Below, piece after piece: positions 12,701 to 26,399 of a stretch of DNA of 64,000 nt (position 1 is its first letter; every line of letters begins with the position of its first letter). The stretch comes from Lama guanicoe (lineage: Eukaryota), in the NCBI GenBank assembly GCA_013239625.1, contig MU054662.1:13691798-13755797 (forward strand). Reading direction: 5' to 3'. Both the position numbers and the translations under genes were made by a program. The notes under the pieces are model-generated. The model saw only the letters and a list, made by a program, of their open reading frames with translations. It did no database searches and had not been told where the DNA came from.

Positions 12701-12884
12701 GTGCCCAGTCACTCTGTTCCTAAAAGAGCTTTCTGCACCGGCCCACGGGACTCAGACGGGAATAGGGAACAAAGGGAAGCGGCGGGGAGACAAGAACCTG
12801 CTGGTGTGTGTCCGTGTGTGTGCACGCGTGTGTGCATGCATGCATGTGGGGGGATGTGAATATTCATGGCAAAGGTTTCTTAAA

Positions 12885-13015
12885 TAGTGACAAAGCATCC
12901 TAGAACTCACTAATGCTGACGCTGGACGGCCTTGTGAAGATGCTAAAAGTTACTGAGTGACACACTTCAAAATGATGAATTCTATGGTATGTGAATTCTA
13001 CTTTAATTTAAAAAT
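12885..13015 (+). mobile_element. Old L1 (L1M-type) 3' end
   Basis: cacttcaaaatgatgaattctatggtatgtgaattctactttaatttaaaaa is typical of an L1M 3' terminus. Confidence 0.7.
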
Positions 13016-16000
13016 CTTACTATGATAATCACTCAAAGTGCTATTGAAGAACTTTATTTAAGGAAACTAAATGGGAGACTCAACACGTACAATAACTCAC
13101 AGGAAATGGCGGCAGGCGCCCCTGTGGGTCTGGGGGAGGGGCAGAGGTGTTCAGAGAGGGGAGACAGAGGAGCCGACATGGTATATCGCAGCGGGAGGAG
13201 CTTGTCCTGAGATACACCTGTGGGCTGTCACACTCACCCCTGCCTCCAGGGACGGCCGGATGAGCCAGGGAAACAAATGTACAGCACGCTGGGTTTGGGA
13301 GCCACCATGCTATCACCGATGAGAGCGCAGTCCCCTGTACATCCGACAAGAGCGACCTCTGAGCACAGCTGGTCTGCGGAGGGGACAGGGTCCCGAGCGC
13401 TGAGCAACCTGATATGTCTCCCTCGGGCGACCCTCCGCTGACACATCCTCTCCCTCAACAAACCTTGGGCTCTTGGGACAAGGGTGCGGGCGACTGACTT
13501 AGCAGAGATTCTGGTGCAGCGACCCAGCTGGAAGAGCAGAGCCGGGGACAGACCCTGTGCAAAGACGGGCCGTTTGTGGAATGGCCGGGAAGAGGGAACC
13601 GTGGACAGGGGAATGGCTGACCAAGAGCAGAGACCTCAAGTCCGTCCGCAGACCTACGCTGGGGACAGGAGAGCTCAGGCCCACAGAGGCTTTAGAGAGC
13701 TGCGTCGCGCACCTGCGCTTCCCCTGCGTGGAGGGGAAGGAACGTCCTCCACGTCCACGTCCACGTCCGCACCTGCCGGTGGCACCGACCTCGTCACCTG
13801 CCTCCCACGCAGGCTAATGTCTGAGTGCCTGGAAGGTTCCCGCAGGCACCTGCCAAGCCCTGGGGCGGAGGAGCCAGGTGTGGCTGAGGTCAGACGCTCC
13901 CCACTCTCATCTGGGGGAGCTTCTCACCGCAGCGTCGGCTGGAATGAAAGGTGGGCGGAAAGGGTGTGTGTGGGGACACTGCAGGTGGGGACACGGAGCA
14001 TTGTCACGGTCCTCTGGGACCAAAGAGAAGCCATGCTGAGGGACAGTAAGACGAGCGAGGCTCCACCCCAGGGACCCGGGGCCTCACGGGGTCCGTGTGG
14101 GAGGAGGGGGGCTCCGGCACCTCCAGAGCGTCTGACCCCGAGCTGAGGACAGCACCCCTCCTGCCACCGACAACCGCTCCCAGGACCCAGGCAGCAGCAA
14201 GCGCGGGGGTCACGCCCACTCCGCTCCCGGGGTCCCCAGCCTCCCCGTGCCCAGCAGTGTCGCCCACGGCAGGGGCCCCGTCAGCAGCCGGTGGGGCGCA
14301 CTCACGGCCCCCAGGAGAGTGAAAGGCCTCCTGGTCTCGGCCGTGCTTTTGCCGACCAGTTACAAACAGCGGCTGTAAAAGCGGCAGAGCCACGCCGCTG
14401 CTGCGCGCTCCACACAGACCGTCGCCTTGAAAAGCCACAAAGGCCCCGGCGGGGAGAGCGAGGACTCACCGCGTCTGCTTCACGAGCAAAGGAACAGGCC
14501 TCGAAAAGTGGCCAAGGTCACAGGACCGTGCGCAGCACGGCCAGGATTCAAAACCGCTTTGACTTAGCCTTAAATTCCTGATCTAAGGCGGACGTTCCCA
14601 CACAGTAACCCACCCTCCGAGCCCCGGATGCCAGTAACTCCAGGAATGCAAGTCTCACCCACCGTCTGCCAGGGTAGCTTGCTCCACCCTCAGAGGCCCC
14701 TGGGGCCACTCGGACCAAGTCATCCCGCAGTTCTTTCTCTCAACATGCAAATCTCCTGGAAACATCTGTGCTTTCTAGAATTCGTCTCAAGTGGTAATCT
14801 TTCATTTTCCCACGACTACCGCGTAAAGAGCTGCTTGGCTTCCCTGACGTCCGGCCCAGGGGCTCCCTGAGGGGCTGTGCACCCTGCTGGAGTGACACTG
14901 GGAACCCGGCTCAGAGGCCGGATTCCTCCGGGGCTGGCAGGGGGCTGACGGCTGGGCGGCCCGGAGTGCCGGGGACTCGTGTTGCTTTGTTATGACACAT
15001 CCTGGGCTTCCAGCTCCCTTTTAGGTGGAGAAGAACGCTGAAGGCCTTCGCCTGACGGGGCGCGTGCACAGACTTGCATCTCTGGACCTTAGGCGAGCTC
15101 TAGCCCAGCCGCAGGAAGACGGGAGCTGAGAGCTGGGTGGAGCAGATGACACCCAGTCGCTGGCCCGCCCCCCCCAGGGGCCCCGATGGAGCTGGCGAGA
15201 CTGGACTGGTCCCCAGACGCTGAGGGATGGGACACTCCAGCTGCTGCTAATCTAATTTGCTCATTTATCTTACAAAACTGTGAGCAGCAATGCACCTGGC
15301 CCTGCCCGCGGTCACTCATCTTCACCCAGTCCCTCTGCGAGACAAGCTGCTCAGCCTTGAACCGCTGGCACGGCTGGAGAGCGGGGCGTCTTTCCGCCCA
15401 TTTCAAAAGCTGTCAACGCAGGGTCCGGATGCGCGCACCCGCACACAGAACCCGGCCGCCCCGGGGCGCCCAGCACCCCCTTCCTCTCGGGCATCCTTGG
15501 CTGGTGAGGAGGGCGTGTCTACAGCAAGCAGCTCAGGATGGAGCCAGGAGCAGAGGGAAGAGAGCAGCGAGGGGTCCGGATGTGAACCCTCAAGCGCCCC
15601 GCTTCCCGCCAGCCTCAGCTGTGTGTCGTCAGACAGAGCGAGGGTGGCCTCTCTCTCTTAAAGCAGCGGCGAGGACGCCACGTTGGCACTGACAGACGTC
15701 AGAGGTGACTGTAGGATCAGTGCTTCTGTGACAGCGTCAGGCCTGGTTTGGGAATCTGCCGTCATGCTCACCAGCCTTTCATGACTGGGTCAGAAGGAGG
15801 CCACGCTTCTCCAGAGACGGAGCCTGACACTAGGTCGCTCGGAACGCAGAGCCTTCGCCTTCGTAGAGACACAGGCGGGGACGAGGCTGTGTAACAGGCG
15901 AAACCCCTCCCTGCGCCTCTGAAGGGGGGACGGCGTTCTCCCCACTGGAGGGACTAGGAGACAGGTGTGGGGCAGTGGTGAGCTGTGCGGGAGACCACAC

Positions 16001-16157
16001 CCCAGGCTGCACACACGGACCGCGTTGTTGTCAGCGTTGCCTCTCACCTGGCCCGTGAAGAAGGCGTGGCCCATCTGCCTGGGGACTCTGAGCACGTGGC
16101 CCAGGCAGGGAGGCTCTTCAGTTAGGACCAGCCCCGGACACATGGACGCGCCCCCCC

Positions 16158-16221
16158 NNNNNNNNNNNNNNNNNNNNNNNNNNNNNNNNNNNNNNNNNNN
16201 NNNNNNNNNNNNNNNNNNNNN
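16158..16221. other. Assembly gap (64 N) with identical flanks
   Basis: gacacatggacgcgccccccc occurs at both 16137-16157 and 16222-16242. Confidence 0.98.
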
Positions 16222-16349
16222 GACACATGGACGCGCCCCCCCACCCCACCCCCCAGTGTCTGGGGCCCCCTCTGCCTTGGAGAGAGCTGGGCCCTCTCAA
16301 AGACAAGGCCCTCGGGGAACCTGGAAGAGCTGACAGCAGTCAGCCTGCA

Positions 16350-16800
16350 GTTTCTTCTCCTGTTTCTTCAGTTACTTGATTTATAAAACTATGCATGTTC
16401 ACCGAAGTGTCTTGAAAAATATAAGACACTTAATGTAAAATCCAGTGTCTGCCTCTTCCGACCTATGCCATTAATTTTTAGAATTTTAAAAATACGGTGT
16501 GTATTCTTCCATAATTTATTCTTTCGTATATAAAACCTGTGCACTTACCTTTTTTTTACAGACAGGTTAATGGAATATGCAGTATTTTACACTGTACTTA
16601 ATATTACATAGATATCCCTTCAGGTCAATACATGTGTGTATTTAGCAAACAATTAGCTACCTCTAATTACAATTTACTTTTCCACATAATTTGCTACCCC
16701 CTCCCCAATTCCAAAAATACTTCTATCTAAATGACTCAGGTCATTTTTTTGAGTAAAGGGTCATTTCTGAGATGAATTATTCTATCTTTCCACTTCCCCG
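16350..16800. mobile_element. Probable very old L1 (L1ME-like) remnant
   Basis: AT-rich block with degenerate L1ME-like 3' UTR phrasing; family uncertain. Confidence 0.35.
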
Positions 16801-16871
16801 TGCTATGTCGACCTCCAAAGCTGTCACCTTCAAAGGATCACCCTTATAAAATCATGTAAGAATGCAGGATG

Positions 16872-16975
16872 CCACCACCATCACCACCATCACCACCAAT
16901 CATCATCTTTACCATCATCACCATCACCATTGTCATTACCACCACCATCACCACCATCATCACCACCACCATCAT
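16872..16975 (+). repeat. (CAC/CAT)n imperfect trinucleotide microsatellite
   Basis: ccaccaccatcaccaccatcacc... Confidence 0.95.
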
Positions 16976-17859
16976 AGCCGCCATTACTGTCACAAAGATA
17001 CTGGGGTTCAGAGGCGCTAAGTGGCTCTCAGTCCTCAGGCTGCATGAGAGCTAATGACACCTATCCCCTGGCTCCACTAGTAACCACTGGCATTCTGACA
17101 CAAACTTCACCCAGGTCTCCTCTCTCCAAGCAGGTGAAGTCCAAGCAAAGGGGATTCCAATTCTTCTGCCAGCTCTGATGAACTGCTAGTGGCACAACAT
17201 TTACAAGACAGTGTGGGGAAACACTTGGTGATCAGTCAGTGACTTAGTGATGGTCGCTGGGGGACTGGGGTAATGCACGTAACTCACTTTGCGCTTCCCT
17301 GTTAATCTACCTACAGCAGGTGGTTTCGGCCTTTTCCTTGAGGGAATTCTACAACAGACAGGGTCACTGGTTTACGTAAGGACACCCAGAGCACCCAGAG
17401 ACAGTTTCTGTCCGAGTCCAGGGTCCCCTAGTTGACATGAAGGAAGCCCAACACGGCCACCTTCCAAGCTTCTCCTGCCGCCCGGTGAGCTTCTAAAAGC
17501 CCCATGCCTGCCAGGGTGTCGGGAAAACCGGGGATGTCCGGGGAAAGGTGCTCCAATTGTTCCCAGACTTGGGACGCTGAGCACATGGAATGAGGCCCGA
17601 GCTCTGCCGAGCTGCCCCCACGTGCCCCGGGAGCTCGGTGGGGTACCTTGTGTAAGTGAGCGGCAGGGAGAGAGCAGTTTGCAGTCAGAAGCAAAATACA
17701 CAGCACTGTAAAATTACTATAAGTCGATAAAAATGTTTTTAAAAAAGCAAAATAAAGCATGATGCCTGCCTAACGTCATTTGCAAAGCTTGATTCTGTAC
17801 AACTGAGAAAAGGAAATGTGAAACGTGAAATGACAGAATCAATACAGGGAATGTCAGAG

Positions 17860-18870
17860 CAAGCTCTTCTGAACTAGGACTGGGGAGGATTTCTGAGTTT
17901 CTATAAATAACTTCAAAGGCAAAGAGCACAAGGGAAAATGATGACTCTGAGTTTGTCAGAATTAAGACTTTCTGCTCAATGAAGGAAACGCGGTACATGG
18001 TTTAAAAGCAGCTGACTTACGGGGAGAAGATGCTTGCAGTGTGTAAAGCACCGGGGGAAAATGCTATGTTTCCACGAAGAGATCCTTCAGGCCGTTAAGA
18101 TAAAGAAGAGACTCTTACTAGAATATGGGCTGAAAGACACAAGCCGGCAATTTAAGGATGAAACTCAAACGGCCGTCAGCCACCAGAAGAGAGTCTTATC
18201 TCATTGGTGATCAAATCAATACAGATTAAAACGACGATAAGGTGAAATAAAGTCACTTTCCACATAATTGCCCGGCAAAGACTGGGCAGCTGGGCAGCGT
18301 GAAGCGTCGCAGGGGAACGGGAGGTGTGAGGGCCTCATGCAGCCCTCACCTGGCAGGATCTGGTAGCACCCGGTCGACCAAGTAAGGCATGTAATTTACT
18401 AGTCTGGTGACCCGCATTTTTACTTCTGGGTATGTATCAGCCCCCGGTCATGAACGTGTCCTTACAGGGCGTCTGCAGGGACACCCCCCGCAGCGCTGTT
18501 GTAGTGAAGGCGACCGGAAACGCTCAAGGTACAGGGCCCCTGTCAGCTGGGTGACGGCGAGGCCACAGGTGGCAGACACACAGGTGGAGACACGGCAGGA
18601 TGAGAAGCTGTGGACTCAGTGCACACAGGGCAGCGTGCCCAAGCTCAGCCCCCCGGGGCCGGGAGGCAGACAGAACAGCGAGGTACCAGACAGCATCGCT
18701 TACAGAAACTGACAGCAGCCACATGTCCGCAACACGTCACACTAGACACGTGACCGGAGCGGGGACAAGACCCACTGCCTGGGAGCAGCGACTGAGTGCG
18801 GAGCGAGATGGAAGGACACGGAGGGAGGGGTGCGGGGACCGGAGGGGCCGGCGCACACCGCAGGGATAAT
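17860..18870 (+). mobile_element. Highly decayed L1 (ORF2 3' end to 3' UTR)
   Basis: agaattaagactttctgctcaatgaagg, gggagaagatgcttgca and tcattggtgatcaaatcaatacagattaaaac match L1 ORF2 C-terminal nucleotide motifs. Confidence 0.7.
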
Positions 18871-20246
18871 CCGGCAGGAGGAGGGTGTGAGAGTGACTCC
18901 CTGCTCCTGAGCAAAGCAGGAGCTGGTGAAAGGCAGCAGGTTTGAAAGCTGAGAGTCTCCCCTCCCTGCCCGGGCCCCTTGTCTGCTCCGCGCAGAGGAG
19001 GAGGCAGGCAGCCCTTGAAGTCACCTCCAGTCTAACCTGCCCCGGGTCCCTGGGCCCTGCTCCTCTCACCCACCTGCACTGGTGCTGCGCGGACACAAGA
19101 GGGCGCTCCCTGCCTGTGGATTTTAAACACCCTGCGGTCCCTTCAAACTGAGCATCAGAGCAGAAACTGGAGCTGACCCCCCACAGCGCCCCACATCCCT
19201 CAGTCCAGGCTGTCACTCAGCTAGAGAAACACGAAGCACACGCACACCGTCATTCAGGGCAGGTGTCAGAGAAGTCCAGAGAGATGGCCTCTTTCGGGTG
19301 GCCCTGCCTCCCGGGTCCCTCAGACATGCCCTGTCCTCCCCCCCACGACCCCAGTGTCCTGCTTGCCCAGCACGGTCCCCGCCTGCCCCCCCCCCGTTCT
19401 CCCGAGCTGCTGTCCCGCCCACGAAGGCATCTGCTGTTGGCAGGTCACTGCAGATGCACACTTTGTGCCGGTGGAAGCTGAGGGAGGAAGGAGTGACCGT
19501 CAGAGCTGACCACAGGGCTGGGTCACGGCACGGCCACCTCCCTTTCCCTGGTGGTGCTCAAGGCCGACCACGCAGGAGCTGGACAGGGGTCCGCCTTTCT
19601 GATGGGCAGCTGGGGTCCATGGCACTTAAGATCATTCCCCACCATTAATTTTTAATGTTAGTGGATTCTACTTGTGGTCTCCAATCTGATTTCTTTTAAA
19701 ATAATTTAAATTCCCTTTAAAATTCTGCCTGGAGTACTCCAGGCTTGTCCTGGGGAACCTGTTAAGGGGCCGGCCGGGGAAGGGATGGCACTGTGCCACG
19801 CGGACCACAGGGTCCCTGGACGGACAGCCCGGGTCACATCTCCCCTCTGGTATCAGGTCACCGTGTGATCTAAATGCGGTCACCGCCACCTCCGCTGGGA
19901 ATGAACTAGGAGATGGCCGGGGCCCCAGGCACCTCCCACGTCCTCCCCCTCAGTCGGCTGCAGGAGATACCTGCGCTCCTTGAAGACGTCGGGGGCGAAC
20001 GGGGCGGCCCCTCCAAGAGGCCCGAGGGCGGCTCTCCCTCCCCTCAGCGAACCACCCCGAGGGATGCCTTGTGACCGTCAGCCGTGCTGGCAGCGCAGTT
20101 TCATAGAATGAATTCGACGTGAGAGGTGCCGGAGCCCACGGATGCCGGGGGAGAGAACCCACCCCGGCCGTGAAGGGGGTCCTCACTCACCCACCCTCCA
20201 CGCCAGACCCACTGGCCAGTCTGCAGGCAGAGCTGCAGCACCCCCA

Positions 20247-20296
20247 CCGGACAGGCAGACAGCCGGACAGCCAGACAGCCGGACAGCCGGACAGGC
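20247..20296 (+). repeat. 8-bp tandem repeat (GGACAGCC variants), about 6 units
   Basis: ccggacaggcagacagccggacagccagacagccggacagccggacaggc. Confidence 0.9.
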
Positions 20297-23149
20297 AAGC
20301 TGACCTTTGATCGACAAAAGCAGGGCCGTGGGGCGGTGCCCCCCACACGCTGAGGTGCACACCCCCCCATGGGGCTCTGCTCCTGTGGGTCCGAGACCCT
20401 TGGCTGTAATGAGCTCCCTGGAGCATCTGCAGCTGGTGTGGTCCATACCTTGTGGGGAGGGCAGGGGCGACACACGGCTCGCGCGGGCTTGGGTGTCTCC
20501 CCCTCCTCCCGGGGTGATGGGGGCAGCGTCTGTCCCACCTCCCAGGTCAACTGTGAAAAGACCCGAAGGCACCCCTGCGCGGGGTCCTGTCGGAGCTGCC
20601 CTCTTGCCCCAAGCGGGGCTGGGAGTGTGGGGGCCACGGGTCCCTGCGGCATCTATGTCAGTGGTGCCGACCAGCAGGCAAGAGGCTTGTGCCACGGGCC
20701 GTCCCCGCACCCCACACACCCAGGGCTGGGGACCCACTGCACGCCCGCCCGCCCTCGGCGTGAGCCCACCTCTCATCAGCCTCCCATCCTCTGCGTCTGT
20801 AGCCACCTTCCCCCCCGCTGGAAGGTTCTGCGGCCCATCCTCCACCTCGACTGGGGTGCCACGTCCCCCGGGAGGCCCCCAGGGCCCCCAGGGAGCAGCT
20901 CGGGCCCCTCCCCCGAGCCTCACTGCTGTGTGCTGCGCCCAGTTTCTTGTTGGAGCTCACTCCTCTGCCGAGAGCGCCTGCACATCCCAGGGTCACACCT
21001 GGTTGGCCCTGGAGCCCAGGCCCAGCGCAGTGCTTCCTGGGCAGGCCGGGGGAGGGGACAGCCTGCCCCCCAAACCTGGACAACGGTTCAGCTCCCGCCT
21101 CCAAGGGAGGCCTGCACCTGCACTCTGGACCCCCCCCCAGAAGGGGAAGGTTCCCCCTGGCCAGGAGGACAGCCCTCGGTGGGGGTGGGGGGCAGCTGGG
21201 GGCTACTTCTCCGTCTGCCGTCCCGGGAGGCGCCGGCGATGCGCAGGGCCCGCGCCTCCCCAGCCCCCGCTCACCACCTGGGGCCGCGCTTCAGGCTGTG
21301 GCCCACACAGCCCGGGGCCTCCTGCCTGCCGCCCCTCCCCTGGGGGGAGGACCCCCCCCACCCGCGGTCGTCTGCACAGTCCCTCACCACCGCCTCAGTC
21401 GCCCACTTCCAGCCAAACGTGAGGACGCAGAGTGGGGGCGGGGGGGCTGCTTCACACCCGCGACACCTCCCTGTGATGGGCCCTCATCAGCCCATCACTG
21501 GCTGCCGGGGCCACTGCAGCCCCACATGGGCCCTGCCGGCCCCCGCGTGCCCGCGCTCCCTGCCCTGGCACCCCTGTGGCTCCTTGTTCTTCACACCCGC
21601 CTTGGACCAGGCTCCCACTGCAGCAACAAGAGCCCCAGCCGGAGAGGAACACGGCCACGAGCGAGGAGTTTAAGGACAGCCCGGCCTGGACGGGCACCCG
21701 TGCGCCAGTCAAGCAGCCGCCCAAGGTGGGGGCACAGGGCGGGGGGCCTGGGCGGGGGCCTCCCTGCGCCCTCCGGCCCCCCTTCACCGCGGCCCAGCCC
21801 TGTTCCCACCCGCCAGAGGCCTCTCCTGGTGCCGGCACATCCAAGCTCAGCATCTCCTCACGACAGCGCAGGGGTCAGAGATGGAGGAGAAAGGACTCCA
21901 TGCGTTTATGGCGTCTTTCCCTTTAGGACGGAGAAGCCTGAGGTGAGTCTGTGTCGGGGGAACGTTCCCCACCAGGGCTGGGCTCCCCCGCCCCTCCCCA
22001 CCTGCTACACGCCCACTCACCATACACACGCATGCACACTCACTCATAACAGACGCGTGTGCTCTACACATGCGTGCACACGGGCACACACACCGCACAC
22101 TCCCACGTCACATGCACACTCACACGTACAGTGAGTTTTAGGCACAGGCGTTAAACCACAAGTCTCTTTGGAAACGTCCCTCTCTGTCCCTTGATACAGA
22201 AAACATACAGGCTTCGGATTCACCAGGAACTGGACACGCACTGCTGTCTTGCCAGCCGTGGGGACCCCCCCCAGGGTCCTGAAGGCACCGTCACGTGCAC
22301 GTCCCCCTCAGCCAGCCACACGGTCCTGGGAGGGACTGCTCCTGAGGCCGGGGAATCGCTCACTGCCTGGGGTTCTGGCCGTTGTGATGGGGGAACTGAG
22401 GCCTCTCTGCCTCGTGCAGAGACCCCCCTTCCGTGAGGAGAGCAGATCAAAGGGATGGAGAGACACAGAGTCCTGGCGAGGCCACCTGGCCCCAGGGACC
22501 CGGGGTGCCTGGAGGCAGGAGCCACCACCACTGAGCCAACAAATCCACATTTTCCAAAGCTGGATTGGCTTCGGCTGCACCTTTGCCACTTGCAGTCAGA
22601 AATGACCCGGCGACGCACCGCTGACGAACAGGCGTCTCATGCTCACGGTGTCCTGGAGGAGATTAGCTCGCACACGCCCTTGATGTTGGGGGGTGAGAGC
22701 GTGAACCCCACTAAGGGGCCCCAGGTCGCGTGCCAGATGCTCTCGGGGGAGGCTGGGGCCCGGCTGGGCGGGGAGAGTCCGGGCGGACGTGCCGTGGGAG
22801 CGGGAAGGCTCCCCGCGTACGGGGCTGACGGTGAACCTGGGAGACTTCCCAACGGCAGACGACTTCCCCTTTCTTTGAACTCCTATTGTGGAAAGAACTC
22901 ATTTGGCAATTAATCTTATACAGCCCTGTGACATCTTCTCTATTGTTGTCTGGAACTGTTATTTTAATCTTTTGTCACTAATTAACTTTTTCATGCTCCT
23001 GCCTCGGCTCCCTAACTAGACGGCAAATTCTTTGAGAGCAGAGACCTGTCTTGGCTATTTTTAACTGGCAGGAAGACCGGATTCCACGTTGCGTGCAACC
23101 GCAGAAGAGACCTGGAGAGTGGGTTTTGTTATTTCATTATTTATTATTT

Positions 23150-23260
23150 TATGAGTCTCGTTTTATAGACAAGGAACGCGGCTAACTCAGGGGAATGGCT
23201 CGTCTAAGAAGCGGCAGCTGGGAAGTGGCAGAACCAGGACTCACGCCAGACCGGTTCCGC
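23150..23260 (-). mobile_element. MIR fragment
   Basis: cgttttatagacaaggaa...cagctgggaagtggcagaaccaggactcacgccag. Confidence 0.65.
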
Positions 23261-26169
23261 TCCAGGCGCCGCCCCCACCCCAGACCCTCGCACGCTGACC
23301 AGCACGCCCCAGGCACTCGGCAGCCTCCCCGCCTTGGAGTCTCATCACTCTCACCAAACTCGATGCTTTAAGATGCATAATTAAAATTTGATGAAGGTCC
23401 ATTTTCAAATTCAAGTTTCGGTTTCCCATAAATTGGTCTCAGCTTCCGCTGAAAGACTCAGCTTAGACACAGGGAACTTCATACCTGGGAGGCAAATATT
23501 GACCCAGGACTCTCTGCAGAGTGTCTGAGCTTGAAGACTTGAGGCCTCCCGTTCTTTGAAATGGAATCGAAGGAGATTAGGCTCTGCGGGGAAGCCCACG
23601 TGGGGGCGTGTGGGACACCACCGTGCAAGGACCACAGGGCAAAGGTGGTCGGGGGCACGATGCTCGGCCCGGAAGCAGGAGGCCGGGTCCTGGCCCCAGC
23701 GCTCTGGCTGAGCCTCACTGGCCTGCACAGCGTCCCTCACAGTGAGGGCGAGGCTGCCTCTTCCAACAGCAGTCTTCAGAAACGTGACTCCCGTATTTCC
23801 CACTTAAAACGTTGCCATTTTTGGCTAGAATTCAAACGGTAACTCAGGTGTCGCTGATCACCTACCACGCGATACAGATTGAATGAGGAGTCATGACATA
23901 AAAATAGTGACGTCAAAGCCTCCATCTGTCACTTCTCTGCTCAAAGTCCACCTTTGTTATCACGACCTCAGAATATAGTTTACACCATCAAGCCTCAGAT
24001 AGCTTGTTTCCGCCCACTTTTCCAGGTTTATCCCCTTCACCTCCCTTCATGCAAAGGCCAGCTAAACAGACTTGCTATTGAATGCTTGGGTTTGTTCCTC
24101 CTTTTAAATCCCTCATGCAGTTGCCTGCAAAATATATTCATCTCTTCAGTTGTTGATGCAACGAGATGCATTTCACGAGCACCTATTACGTGCTGGTGTG
24201 CCGCACAGTAGGGCTGCTAATCCGCCTGCAGGAAGCTCTCGCTCGTCACCCGCACACCCAGCGTCTGCCTCTCTCTGCACCACCCACGCTCCGGGCTTCT
24301 CCGTGTTCTCACCAGCTGCGTCATGCCCAGGCTGCCCACTGACCCTCCGCTCCGTGAGGTCGGGGCGGTGTTCCCTGTATCTTTGTGATCCCTCCATTCC
24401 CAGCCCGAAAGCAGACATCCTCTGGTTTAAGCTGGTTTGGAAGGGCCCCCAGTCCATTCGGTGGGACGAACCGCAGCTGGCACCTAACTCGTAAGGCAGC
24501 GCCAGCCGACTTGGCTCCGTTTACACACGCGCGCGACAAAGCCCCAGAGCACCCGCGGCGGACGCCGAGAGGAGGGAGCCCGATGTGGTGCAGAGCCTCA
24601 CGGGGAACGGGCCGCCGTGTCAGAGGTCTACACGCACCGCAGGCCACTGCTGGGATTTCGGCACAGACCTAAACAGGGATTCCAGGAGGGAACCAGAAAT
24701 CAAGAGAGCCTCCCTGGGCCCTGCCTGGATCCAGGCGACCGCGCACACGTCAAATGCGCTGCAATCAAGGCCTCCTGGGGACAGGGCTGATGAACCTGTG
24801 GGTTCATGTGACGTCTGGCTCAGCTCCTTCCTGCTGCTGCTGGATCCTCTCCCGTCCTTAGTCCGTCCTCGGAGAAAGCAGCACAGTGAATGATGCCCGT
24901 CCGCACGTCTGAGAAGATGGTGCAGACCAGTGCTACAGAAAGGCTTTTCATAACTAGTATTTCAAGTCTGCAGATCCAAAGGTGATCGTTCAAGTGTAGC
25001 TTTAAGATTTCCCAGATGCCTTCCTCCACCTGCCTTGCTCCGATGGTTTCTATGAACACGTTTCCATGTTCTAAATCTGGAATTAGTAGAAGCTACTTGA
25101 ACAGAGATACTACAGTCAAACCACGTTCTCAGTTCCAGGTGTAGATATTGTTCCTCTGTTTTTAAAACCTAACATAAAATGTGATTTTTTTTAATTTTGC
25201 AAGGGACATCAACTTTTTCATGTCTCTTATTTTCCGAACTCTGAGGTCCCCACAACTTAGAGAATATTATAAACAGGAAAAGAAATGCAGATAAGTTCAA
25301 CTCCCAGTTTGCAATAAAAAGTCAGTTTATGGTCTGATAAGTATCTTCCTCTTTACTCCATCGCCTCCTGGCAGCTGCGAACTCTGCACAAAGACCCGTG
25401 CTTCCGCCTTCGTTCGGGAGAAGGGGGCTCTGCGCTGCCCCGGCTCCCCGGCCCCGTAGCTGGGCTCCGGCAGGCCTCTTCTTCGCCCTCGGCGGCTGAA
25501 GCGCTGCCCCGAGGGGTCTCCGTGAGCTGAGTCCTTGCTGTCTCCGGGCTTCCTCTACACTGGCCCTCGCGCCTCCGTGTGCACTCAAACCCGCCCGAAA
25601 CGGGGTTGCACTCAGTCAGACATCCCAGACGCCAGCACGGAGAGGAGCGGAGGGCGTCGGGGTCAAACTCGTAATTTAACCCAGGATGAACTTAGGACCC
25701 GAGGAGGGTGAGCGATGGAGGAAGGTCACGCGCTGGTTAGCAGAGCGCTCAGGCTAACGTTTAGCCGCTCCCTGGATTTCTGTTTTGACATTTTTATTTC
25801 ATTTTCCAACATTTTCCAAGCCATGCTTTTTAAAATAGCCAATTTTCAGGGAGGTGTTACTAGGTATTTTAAATGAAAAGAAAACGAATGTTCTGGGCCA
25901 AATAAATTTATAAAACACCAGGTTTATAAATTTGTTTAATAGCTTTATTTGCTGCGGGGTTTCACGGAGAGTTCAAATGCTCATTTACTGCAGGTCCCTG
26001 AGAGAGATACATGTGATCCACAGTTTGGCCGACCTATTTGCCTGCAGGCCTTTTAAAAATGACTTTTATGAGCCTCTGGGACTACACGTCAGGCCCCAGT
26101 TTACCAGAGAACAGCGCCCGGGAAAGGCTTCCAGCTGCTAACACCGCAAAGGAGGTCCGGGTTTGGCAG

Positions 26170-26365
26170 CGGACGCCACGAGCCCTCGCCCACACTTGCT
26201 GGCTGGGCTACCTCGTGCGAGCAGCTTGCACTCTGCGGACTCGGGTTCTCACCTGCACAGCTAGGACTCACCTTACGGGGTTGTTAGGCGATGGTGTAGA
26301 CCATACTCATCAAAGCAGGTTTGCCACAGCCTGCAAAAGTATCCATGACACGGCACAATAAAGGT
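26170..26365 (+). mobile_element. MIR fragment
   Basis: ccacacttgctggctggg...ttctcacctgcac...ccttacggggttgttagg...cacaataaa follows the MIR consensus order. Confidence 0.5.
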
Positions 26366-26399
26366 AATATATAAGAAAACGTGCACGCAGGGAAGGCAG

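Noticed and set aside
13480-13680. Possible GC-eroded L1 ORF2 fragment
   Set aside because: Similarity is too faint to support without an alignment.
16869-17054. Small ORF with a hydrophobic I/T stretch (membrane micropeptide?)
   Set aside because: It is the translation of the (CAC/CAT)n microsatellite.
17355-17580. Possible hAT-Blackjack/MER81-like relic
   Set aside because: Only scattered motif resemblance; terminal inverted repeats not demonstrable.
20183-22134. Overlapping long ORFs (246-434 aa)
   Set aside because: Open in several frames and on both strands, P/G/R/A-rich, no domain; expected from stop-codon scarcity at high GC.
23908-23915. Full CRE palindrome TGACGTCA (also at 62180-62187)
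   Set aside because: One or two occurrences of an 8-mer in 64 kb is near chance, with no promoter context.
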